From contig JBNGBT010000005.1 of assembly GCA_049903315.1 (NCBI GenBank), positions 32,001 to 96,000 on the forward strand: a stretch of 64,000 nucleotides of DNA, read 5' to 3'. The stretch is from Candidatus Cloacimonadota bacterium. GTDB lineage: Bacteria > Cloacimonadota > Cloacimonadia > JGIOTU-2. Shown here in pieces: positions 20,068 through 28,101 of the stretch. The translations under genes were made by a program, and so were the position numbers. Below the pieces are notes generated by a model. The model did not search any database, was not told the DNA's origin, and saw only the letters and a list, made by a program, of their open reading frames with translations. How positions within the stretch are numbered: the first letter of the stretch is position 1; every line of letters begins with the position of its first letter.

Positions 20068-20652
20068 ATGACGCAAAAAAAATACTTCCCGATAATCGTT
20101 TCATCTCCTTCAGGAGCCGGTAAAAACAGCGTGTGCGACGCCGTTGTAGAAAAATGCACCGATGTTGTATATTCAATTTCTTATACAACAAGACCTATTC
20201 GCACAACCGAGCAGGATGGAGTAGATTATCATTTTGTGACAGAAGAAAAATTTAAGAAAATGATCGACAAGGATGCTTTTCTTGAATGGGCTCAGTATCT
20301 TGGTCACTATTATGGGACGAGTAAAAAGATGGTTGAAGAGACAATAAACAGGAAAATGTTTATAATTCTTGCAATCGAGACAAAGGGCGCACTTCAATTC
20401 ATGAAGAGAAGACCGGATACGCTCTCAATTTTTATTTTTCCTCCAAGCATGAAAGAGCTTGAAAGGCGTCTGAGAAATAGAAAAACCGATGCACCTGATG
20501 TGATCGAAACAAGATTGAATAATGCAAGGCACGAAATCGCTGACTCAGTATATTATGATCGTTTTGTGATAAACGATGATATTGACCGTGTGAGCGATGA
20601 AGTAATAAAAATGATACATAAAAAAAGCGAAGGAAAAGATATATATGGATAG
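20068..20652 (+). CDS. gmk: Guanylate kinase
   Basis: SSPSGAGK, SYTTR, DGVDYHF, YYGT. Confidence 0.93.
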   Translation: MTQKKYFPIIVSSPSGAGKNSVCDAVVEKCTDVVYSISYTTRPIRTTEQDGVDYHFVTEEKFKKMIDKDAFLEWAQYLGHYYGTSKKMVEETINRKMFIILAIETKGALQFMKRRPDTLSIFIFPPSMKELERRLRNRKTDAPDVIETRLNNARHEIADSVYYDRFVINDDIDRVSDEVIKMIHKKSEGKDIYG

Positions 20653-20884
20653 TAAATTAATGCAAAAGTTCATAGAAGAAAACAACTGCACATTTCTTTA
20701 TTTAATTCTTGCAAATGAAGAATTGGAGCGGATTTCCAAACTTCCATTTCAAATTCAAAAGAATTTTGACAAAAAGCTGACAACCATTGCGTTAGATCAT
20801 GTTGCAGATGATGAAATTCCGGATTATTTTGTTCCGGAAGAAGAAAAAACCGAAGGCAAAATGCAGGATATTATAGACGAATAG
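20645..20884 (+). CDS. Probable divergent RNA polymerase omega subunit
   Basis: Overlaps the gmk stop; KKLTTIALDHVADDEI resembles RpoZ 'K-xTIAL-E-I--G-I'. Confidence 0.5.
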   Translation: MDSKLMQKFIEENNCTFLYLILANEELERISKLPFQIQKNFDKKLTTIALDHVADDEIPDYFVPEEEKTEGKMQDIIDE

Positions 20885-20894
20885 GATCTATGCA

Positions 20895-21548
20895 TTGAAC
20901 GCGATCTCGGAAGCCCGGCTTAGAAAAATTGAATTACTTAAACTCTCAGGAATACATGAAATTCTCTTGCAGGAAACAGAACCTTTTTCAAAGGAGAACT
21001 ACCTGCACCAATTTGAAGCCGAGTATAAGGATTGTGTAAACTGCACATTAGCTCAAACACGCAATAAGCTTGTGTGGGGTGGAGGAAATGCAGAAGCCGA
21101 TATCGTCTTTATCGGGGAAGGACCGGGTGAGCAGGAAGACCGGCAGGGTGTGCCTTTTGTGGGAAAAGCAGGGCAGCTCCTCACCAAAATGCTCGCTGCT
21201 ATCGATATTTCCAGAGAAGACGTGTATATTACAAATATCGTGAAATGCAGACCTCCCGGAAATAGAAATCCCAAGGAAGATGAGATTGAAGCATGCATGC
21301 CGTACCTGGAATTCCAGCTTTCGATCATACAACCGAAAATTATCTGTGCACTTGGCAAAGTGGCAGGAAATACACTCCTGCAGAACGATGACACATTAAC
21401 AAAAATGAGACAGAAGTTCTTTCCTTGTCTATCTTCAAAACTGATGGTGACCTACCATCCCTCAGCTCTCCTTCATAATCCTGATTGGAAACGTCCTGCA
21501 TGGGAAGATCTGAAAATGCTCAAACGAGAATATGCTGAAATGAGATAA
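20895..21548 (+). CDS. Uracil-DNA glycosylase family 4
   Basis: CxxC, GEGPGEQED, FVGKAG, KCRPPGNR, YHPS. Confidence 0.92.
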   Translation: MNAISEARLRKIELLKLSGIHEILLQETEPFSKENYLHQFEAEYKDCVNCTLAQTRNKLVWGGGNAEADIVFIGEGPGEQEDRQGVPFVGKAGQLLTKMLAAIDISREDVYITNIVKCRPPGNRNPKEDEIEACMPYLEFQLSIIQPKIICALGKVAGNTLLQNDDTLTKMRQKFFPCLSSKLMVTYHPSALLHNPDWKRPAWEDLKMLKREYAEMR

Positions 21549-21550
21549 AT

Positions 21551-22924
21551 ATGGCTGACAATATTACAGACAGAACAGCAAATAACCAGGATTCGGTCCG
21601 GGTTCCGCCACACGATCTGAATGCCGAAGGAGCAGTACTCAGCGCTATGCTTCTGGAAGAATGGGCTACTGCGCGCGGTCTGGAACTTCTTCGTGAAGAC
21701 TATTTCTACAAAAGCGCACACAAGTATATTTTCAGGGCAATCCAGGAACTTTTCAACAAAAATATCGAAATCGATCTCATTACTATTATTGATGAACTAA
21801 AAAAGAAGGATGTGTTTGAAAAGATAGGCGGCACTGCGTATCTCACAGATATTCAGGACATTGTCTCATCGAGCGCAAACCTGGAAACTCATGCACAGCT
21901 TGTGATTGAAAAAGCAACATTGCGAAGTCTGATCCATACTGCATCCTCGATCATAGAAGAGTGCTACGGCACAGGGCAGGACAGCAAGGAAATCGTCGAG
22001 CACGCTGAAAAAAAGATCTTCAATGTCACTCAAAGTATGATCAAGGAGGGATTTGAAAAAGCTTTTGATATTGTCTCTCCTACTATAAAGAAGATCGATG
22101 AGATCGCAAAACGCAAAACAAAGATCGTGGGTGTGGCAACTGGCTTTAATGAGCTGGATAGGATAACAGGCGGTTTTCAATCCGGGCAATTCATTGTTGT
22201 TGCTGCTCGTCCAAGTATGGGAAAAACAGCGCTCGCACTGAACATTGCTCATCATGCTGCAGTTTTCCAGGATAAAAGAGTTGGGATTTTCAGTCTGGAA
22301 ATGGATAAAGAAACCCTCATCATGCGTATGCTTAGCTCCGGTTCTGATGTGTCCCTGCATTCTATGCTTCACGGGTATGGAATGGATAAAGATAAAATTA
22401 TGAACCTGACAAGGCACGCTGATAAGATCGCAGAAGCGCCCATTTTTATTGATGACCGCGGAAGCAATACCATGAACGATATCCGTTCAAAAGCTCGTCG
22501 GCTCAAATTCGAAGAAGGGCTCGATCTTCTTATTATTGATTATATGCAGCTATTACTTCCCGTTGCTTCGCGCCAGTCCCGTCAGCAGGAGATCTCAGAA
22601 ATCTCTCGTTCTATCAAGATACTCGCAAAGGAGCTGGAAGTTCCTATTATTGCAGTTTCTCAGCTCAGCCGGGGACCGGAAACCCGGCAGGATAAAATGC
22701 CGCAACTTGCAGACTTACGTGAATCCGGTGCAATCGAACAGGATGCAGACCTTGTTTTACTTATTTACAGGGAAGAGTATTACAAGAAGGAAGAAGCGGA
22801 GAATCCCGGCATCGCAGTCATTGATGTGGCAAAGAACAGAAATGGTCCGCAGGGCAGGATGAATCTCAAGTTCATCGGACCTTACACGCGTTTTGAAAAT
22901 ATAGATAATCAATCGTTCGCATAA
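21551..22924 (+). CDS. dnaB: Replicative DNA helicase
   Basis: AARPSMGKT, IDYMQL, SQLSR, DLRESGAIEQDAD, KNRNG. Confidence 0.97.
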   Translation: MADNITDRTANNQDSVRVPPHDLNAEGAVLSAMLLEEWATARGLELLREDYFYKSAHKYIFRAIQELFNKNIEIDLITIIDELKKKDVFEKIGGTAYLTDIQDIVSSSANLETHAQLVIEKATLRSLIHTASSIIEECYGTGQDSKEIVEHAEKKIFNVTQSMIKEGFEKAFDIVSPTIKKIDEIAKRKTKIVGVATGFNELDRITGGFQSGQFIVVAARPSMGKTALALNIAHHAAVFQDKRVGIFSLEMDKETLIMRMLSSGSDVSLHSMLHGYGMDKDKIMNLTRHADKIAEAPIFIDDRGSNTMNDIRSKARRLKFEEGLDLLIIDYMQLLLPVASRQSRQQEISEISRSIKILAKELEVPIIAVSQLSRGPETRQDKMPQLADLRESGAIEQDADLVLLIYREEYYKKEEAENPGIAVIDVAKNRNGPQGRMNLKFIGPYTRFENIDNQSFA

Positions 22925-23706
22925 TGCACATTCTCACATATCCGATTTCCTCGATTGGAAGGATCATCATCCGGACAGTTCAGGATATTGGCAGATATTT
23001 TATTTTCTTAGGATTAACTGTTAAGAGTTTCGGCAAAGTAGGGAAAAGGTTTCATCTCATATTTGCACAGATGCAGAAGATGGGAGTCGAATCCCTTCCT
23101 TTAATTGCGATCACCTCAGCTTTTACCGGCATGGTCACTGCAGTGCAGGCAACATATCAGACAGGCGGCATCCTTCCATACCGTTATCTAGGAGCGATGA
23201 TCACGAAATCTACAATGATCGAGCTTGCACCTGTACTTACTGCGCTTGTTATGGCTGGGAAGATCGGCGCATCACTTGCTGCGGAACTCGGCACCATGCG
23301 CGTCACCGATCAGATCGATGCGTTGGAAGTGCTTGCAATAAATCCTTATGACTATCTTGTGGTTCCACGTATTATTTCAGGAATAGTCATGCTGCCTGTG
23401 CTCACAGTATTTGCAAATCTGTTTGGCATTCTTTCAGGATATCTTGTCTCTGTTTCATTATATCATGTAACAACTGCAGAATTTCTCAGCGGTATCAGAT
23501 CATTTTTTATTCCTGTTGATTTTTGGAGCGGTATTATTAAGGCAGTTGCATTTGGCATGATCATCACATCAGTGGGTTGTTTCCAGGGATTTTTTGCCCG
23601 TGGCGGTGCAGAAGGCGTGGGAAGAGTAACCACTCGTGCTGTCGTGATCTCATCAATTTTGATATTGGTTACCGATTTCATCGTTGCTGCAGTGATATTC
23701 GGATAA
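22924..23706 (+). CDS. mlaE: MlaE-family ABC permease
   Basis: ELAPVLTAL, AELGTMRVTDQIDALE, GGAEGVG. Confidence 0.88.
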   Translation: MHILTYPISSIGRIIIRTVQDIGRYFIFLGLTVKSFGKVGKRFHLIFAQMQKMGVESLPLIAITSAFTGMVTAVQATYQTGGILPYRYLGAMITKSTMIELAPVLTALVMAGKIGASLAAELGTMRVTDQIDALEVLAINPYDYLVVPRIISGIVMLPVLTVFANLFGILSGYLVSVSLYHVTTAEFLSGIRSFFIPVDFWSGIIKAVAFGMIITSVGCFQGFFARGGAEGVGRVTTRAVVISSILILVTDFIVAAVIFG

Positions 23707-24179
23707 TGTCATTTCATATCGTTCTTTACGAACCTGAAATACCTTCAAATACAGGAAATATCGGCAGATTATGCGTCGGAACACATGCAAAACTGCACCT
23801 GATCAAACCAATGAAATTTCTTCTCAACGATAAATATCTCAAACGAGCCGGACTTGATTATTGGAATAAACTTGATCTTGAAATTCATGATTCGTGGGCA
23901 GATTTCCAAAAGAAATATGAGAATGCACGAAAGTATTATTTTACTACAAAAGCACAGAAATCCTATACCGATATTTCATTTCATGATGGGGATTTTCTGA
24001 TCTTTGGACCGGAAACAAGAGGATTGCCGGAATCGATGTTAAAGAATAATTGGGACAATGCTTACACGATCCCGATGACCAAAGATATTCGATCAATCAA
24101 TTTGAGTAACAGCGTCGCCATTGTGCTGTATGAGGCAGTAAGGCAGGTGGGGATTGATGGAACGCAGATCCGCCGGTAG
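23706..24179 (+). CDS. trmL: tRNA (cytidine/uridine-34 2'-O)-methyltransferase
   Basis: PEIPSNTGNIGR, RAGLDYW, FGPETRGL, RSINLSN; ATG overlaps mlaE stop. Confidence 0.92.
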   Translation: MSFHIVLYEPEIPSNTGNIGRLCVGTHAKLHLIKPMKFLLNDKYLKRAGLDYWNKLDLEIHDSWADFQKKYENARKYYFTTKAQKSYTDISFHDGDFLIFGPETRGLPESMLKNNWDNAYTIPMTKDIRSINLSNSVAIVLYEAVRQVGIDGTQIRR

Positions 24180-24221
24180 GCGGACAAGTAAAATGCTGAC
24201 TAAGCTGATACACGCTGATTT
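24158..24221 (+). repeat. Periodic 'ctgat' repeat interrupted by a GC-rich hairpin
   Basis: tggaacgcagat[ccgccggtaggcggacaagt]aaaatgctgactaagctgatacacgctgattt. Confidence 0.55.
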
Positions 24222-24276
24222 ATATAAGAAAATTTACTCTAAGTATAAATAAAGTGTTAAAGGGAGAGAGGTAAAA

Positions 24277-24340
24277 TGGTCTGGGCGAGAAGATTCGAAC
24301 TTCCGACCTTCCCGATCAATCGGGACGCGCTAATCGGGCT
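24277..24340 (-). pseudogene. Partial tRNA-Pro(UGG) copy with the anticodon arm replaced by hairpin TCCCGATTGATCGGGA
   Basis: Direct repeat of 24610-24674 with 2 substitutions outside the swapped arm; 5' acceptor strand missing. Confidence 0.9.
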
Positions 24341-24348
24341 ATGTTAAG

Positions 24349-24594
24349 TTATTTTTGAGAATTGATGAGTGAGAAAATAAACTTTTTACTTTTTTTGGAT
24401 TTGATGAAGTATTCTTTTTTCATTGCCTCAGAGCGTGTAGTGAAGGATTCTTTATAAACCAATTTCCAAGGGCTACGATGTTTGGTATATGTAGATTGAT
24501 CGGAATTATGCTCGTGGATTCTTCTTTGAAGTTTGTTTGTTGTTCCTATGTAGAATGAGTTCTTCTCATTCTGTAAAATATAAACATAAACCAT
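24349..24594 (-). CDS. Stand-alone GIY-YIG nuclease (Slx1/UPF0213-like)
   Basis: YVYIL...FYIG.T..L.RR..EHN...YTK...PW.LVY.E......A...E..IK. Confidence 0.92.
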   Translation of the reverse strand: MVYVYILQNEKNSFYIGTTNKLQRRIHEHNSDQSTYTKHRSPWKLVYKESFTTRSEAMKKEYFIKSKKSKKFIFSLINSQK

Positions 24595-24609
24595 AATTTT
24601 CCTATAAAA

Positions 24610-24687
24610 TGGTCGGGGCGAGAAGATTCGAACTTCCGACCTCCTGGTCCCAAACCAGGCGCGCTAACCGGGCTGCGCTACGCCCCG
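24610..24687 (-). tRNA. tRNA-Pro (anticodon TGG)
   Basis: CGGGGCG...CGCCCCG-ACCA; anticodon arm CCTGG-TTTGGGA-CCAGG. Confidence 0.96.
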
Positions 24688-24755
24688 ACGTGGAGAGAGA
24701 TTTTTATGCTTGTATTTTTTTGTCAAATTAGATAAATAAAATTAAATATAAGGAA

Positions 24756-25265
24756 TTATTCTTCTAATTCAAACTTCCAGGCACAATAGAATGTATCGGG
24801 ATGTTTATCTGGAGGACAGACAATACAGGTTGTTTTAATACGTGCATCAATCGTTTTGGCAAATTCGCCGTACTCTACAATTCCCACACTTTTGCAGGGA
24901 AAATCTGGTAACCCTTTTTTCGTTCTGGCATATTGAACACGGCAGTGGTTCATTTGGAAGAGGAAAGAATTTTCCGTTTCTTCGCTAATACTCTGAATAT
25001 TTAATCTACTGTATAATCTGAAAGAAAGAGCTTTTTTTAAACCTTCCAAACCACTGTTTTCGGGAATGTTATGTCTCTTCATTATTCGTTTTGCTTCGAT
25101 CTTTGTAAAAGCTCTCCAGGCTTCGATATCGAGTTCAATCGCTTTTTCCAAACCGAAATTCTTTTCCACCTGCTGGAACCATAAGCCATCGTGCGCTAAC
25201 CAGTTCTTGGCAAAATCATCCAGCATACCAATCAGCTGCTTCCGAGATAGATTATCTAAATCCAT
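24756..25265 (-). CDS. DUF6125-like protein
   Basis: WLAHDGLWF, CRVQ-AR---GL--FPC, C--CPPD-HP---C-W. Confidence 0.75.
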   Translation of the reverse strand: MDLDNLSRKQLIGMLDDFAKNWLAHDGLWFQQVEKNFGLEKAIELDIEAWRAFTKIEAKRIMKRHNIPENSGLEGLKKALSFRLYSRLNIQSISEETENSFLFQMNHCRVQYARTKKGLPDFPCKSVGIVEYGEFAKTIDARIKTTCIVCPPDKHPDTFYCAWKFELEE

Positions 25266-25622
25266 TCACTTCTCCCAAAGAAAAATATCTTTTTAGAATG
25301 CAGTTTTTCTATAGGTTTTGTGTCAATAAAAAAACTAAATCAAAGCTATTATAATAAGGTGAAAATGATTTGATTCGTAGTAAAAATGAAGCAGAAATAT
25401 TTCCAGACTTCTTTTCATTTTATCTGATTCCATCTATGCCGAATCGTATCACATACTTTGAGAGAAGATTGATATAACAAGGATTGCAACTGTATAGATA
25501 TTATCCGTTTTCAGTCCTCCTTCCTCACTTTTCCTTTCAAATCGCATAATTATTCCTATTTATTGACATAATAAGGGAAAAAACTAAGAAAAAGTAAATT
25601 ACTCATCTATCAAGGAGCATAT

Positions 25623-25913
25623 ATGGATAAGAAAAAAGTGGATGAATTCAAAGTGAAGGGCGAAGAACTTCTTGGAAAAGTGAAAGAGATCATTCATGAA
25701 GGCAATATCCGAAAAATCATTATTAAGAATGATAACGGTAAAACCTATCTTGAAATTCCCGTAACGATCGGTGTGGTCGGCTTGGTTTTAGCTCCCGTAT
25801 GGGTAGCGATCGGTGCACTTGCAGCGCTTGCATCCCATTTTACAATTCAGGTGATCAAAAAAGAGGTTAAAGCGAAACCCGAAGAAAAAGAAGTTCCAGC
25901 CAAGAAGAAGTAA
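25623..25913 (+). CDS. DUF4342-like protein
   Basis: KVKEIIHEGNIRKIIIK...LEIPVTIG; AAGGAG RBS. Confidence 0.8.
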   Translation: MDKKKVDEFKVKGEELLGKVKEIIHEGNIRKIIIKNDNGKTYLEIPVTIGVVGLVLAPVWVAIGALAALASHFTIQVIKKEVKAKPEEKEVPAKKK

Positions 25914-25934
25914 GCAACTTTGAAACGCGAGAAT

Positions 25935-25967
25935 AGGGTTCCTGAAATACGGAACCCTTTATCTTTT
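25935..25967 (+). terminator. Probable Rho-independent terminator
   Basis: agggttcc-tgaaatac-ggaaccct followed by a T-rich tract. Confidence 0.6.
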
Positions 25968-25995
25968 ATTTCAGAATTTTAAAGAGAACGAACAC

Positions 25996-27882
25996 GTGGA
26001 ACTGAGTTACATGAAGATGCAGATCTTTGAGATAGGTCTGCTCATTCTCGCTGCTTACATTGGCGGCATGATCGCCCGTAAGCTGAAGATCGGGGAGGTT
26101 ATCGGGCAAATTTTCGGTGGTATTCTGGTCGGACCGCATTTTCTGGAGCTCGTACACAAATTTTTAATGAATCATGAGGGACTCAAGCAGATATTTTTTT
26201 TCAAACCCATTTATCATTTCTATGCTACGACATTTCCTGAATATGCAAACATCCTGGAGAGCTACCACTTCTTTGTCTTCCTTTTTCTCGGTTTGATCGC
26301 TTTCTCAATAGGTGAAGAGCTTCACCTTGACCGAATCAAAGAAGTGGGTGCAAAAGCAGCAATCATCTGCGTAATACAAGGACTTCTCACATGGGCTTTG
26401 CTTTTTCTCGGGTTCCGGTTCATATTCCATTTTGATGTGATTCTTTCTCTTATTCTCGGCTCGATCGGTATTGCCACTGCGCCGGCACTCACATTCCTGC
26501 TTATGAATAAACTCCGTATAGAAGGCACGTTGCGGAAAGTGCTCGCTAATGTGATCGTGCTGGATAATATAATGGAGGTTGTGTTCTTTTCTGTGTTCCT
26601 CAGCATTGGCATTGTTTTGAGCAAAGGGCAGAATCTATCATCTCTTTCCATCACTGGTCATGTGCTCAAGGATCTCCTTCTTGCGATTCTTATTGGAGCT
26701 GTGATTTTCTTTGTACTGAAGCTCGCAATAAAAAAGCGATTGCCAGAAGAAATTGATTTTGCCGAATCCGATTCTTTTCTTTCAACAGTACTCTCAGAGC
26801 ATCCCACTCCATCAGTAGAGATACTTCTTATTATTTTGGGAGTAGTATCTATCGGTGTTGCAATTGCCATTCATTTCAATCTTCCTTTCCTGATAACAGC
26901 AGTTGTTGCCGGGCTTCTCATTTCCAATTTTCATTCCCACGCAATTTTTGATTCACTTAAGATAGAAAATGTCATGCCCATTATGAACCTGCTCTTCTTT
27001 GCGATCATTGGTGCAAGTGTCAGGTTGGAGAGTTTCTCAAGACAGACAATAATTTTTGTGATCGCATATCTTATACTCAGAACACTTGGCAAACTATTTG
27101 GTAACTGGATAGGTTGTAAACTCACAAAACAAGACCCCAAAATTACCGCAAGTTTGCCCAAACTCATGCTTCCTCAGGCGGGTGTGGCAGCGGTTGAGAC
27201 AATTCTCGTAGCTGCAATGTTGAAAGGTCACGGTGGAGGGATCATTTTTGATACGATCATTCCTGCCTTGGTCGTATTTGAACTCGTAGGTGCATGGCTG
27301 TCTGAGAGGACGCTCGTGAAGTGGAGGAACTGGACAGTAGGCGAGCGGGAAGCACTTCTCACAAAAGAGGATGCTTCTAATGAATTTTCACTTTTTAATC
27401 TTATACAAGATCGAGTAACCGAGATGATGGCAGCAACGCGGGAGCAAGCCGTGTTTGAGTTATCGCAGATATTTGTAAAGGAACATCTGGTTCCTGAGAC
27501 GAAGATTATCACGGATGCAGTACTCGAGCGGGAGAAGCTTGCCAGTACGGCAATTGGGAGAGGTATTGCCCTTCCACATTGCAGGATTTCTTCAATAAAC
27601 ACCACAAAAGTTGCATGTGGGTTACTCCGAAATCCAGTAAACTGGGATACCCCAGACAATCAACCTGTTGATCTCATATTTCTGATCATTACTCCAGATA
27701 GGTTCCCCGAACAGCATCTACAAGCAATCAAAGCGATCAGTATTGCATTGCAAACACTGCATTTCAAGGAATCTTTAAAGCAGGCGATTACTAAGAAGCA
27801 GGTGAGAGCATTTCTTCAAAAACTTTCTATTCAAGAGAACAAAACTCAGCAAGGAAACACTGTTATTATATATGAGAACTAG
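25996..27882 (+). CDS. Cation:proton antiporter fused to C-terminal PTS EIIA (Fru/Ntr-type) domain
   Basis: Multi-TM region with ATAPA and PQAGVA; C-terminal ERE---STAIG-GIALPH. Confidence 0.85.
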   Translation: MELSYMKMQIFEIGLLILAAYIGGMIARKLKIGEVIGQIFGGILVGPHFLELVHKFLMNHEGLKQIFFFKPIYHFYATTFPEYANILESYHFFVFLFLGLIAFSIGEELHLDRIKEVGAKAAIICVIQGLLTWALLFLGFRFIFHFDVILSLILGSIGIATAPALTFLLMNKLRIEGTLRKVLANVIVLDNIMEVVFFSVFLSIGIVLSKGQNLSSLSITGHVLKDLLLAILIGAVIFFVLKLAIKKRLPEEIDFAESDSFLSTVLSEHPTPSVEILLIILGVVSIGVAIAIHFNLPFLITAVVAGLLISNFHSHAIFDSLKIENVMPIMNLLFFAIIGASVRLESFSRQTIIFVIAYLILRTLGKLFGNWIGCKLTKQDPKITASLPKLMLPQAGVAAVETILVAAMLKGHGGGIIFDTIIPALVVFELVGAWLSERTLVKWRNWTVGEREALLTKEDASNEFSLFNLIQDRVTEMMAATREQAVFELSQIFVKEHLVPETKIITDAVLEREKLASTAIGRGIALPHCRISSINTTKVACGLLRNPVNWDTPDNQPVDLIFLIITPDRFPEQHLQAIKAISIALQTLHFKESLKQAITKKQVRAFLQKLSIQENKTQQGNTVIIYEN

Positions 27883-28101
27883 AAATATTTATCGTTAACA
27901 AAATTCTTGACATTTTAAACCTCTTTTAAGAAACAAAATTAATCTTATTGCAATTCAAATCAGGGAAAGAATGTGAGTCTTATTAGTTCATCTCATGTTG
28001 TCCCTCTGAATCAGAAACTCCAAGGGTAGCTGAAGATTAGAAATCGATTTACGCTCAATACGAGCAAAACCTGTAAACGAATAAAACCCATTGGAGGTTC
28101 C

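Noticed and set aside
21551..22924. Intein in DnaB
   Set aside because: Normal length (457 aa) with contiguous motifs.
24277..24340. Functional extra tRNA or intron-containing tRNA
   Set aside because: It lacks the 5' acceptor strand, and the replacement hairpin has no 7-nt anticodon loop.
25380..25550. Possible eroded gene on the minus strand
   Set aside because: Only short interrupted frames with no recognisable family.
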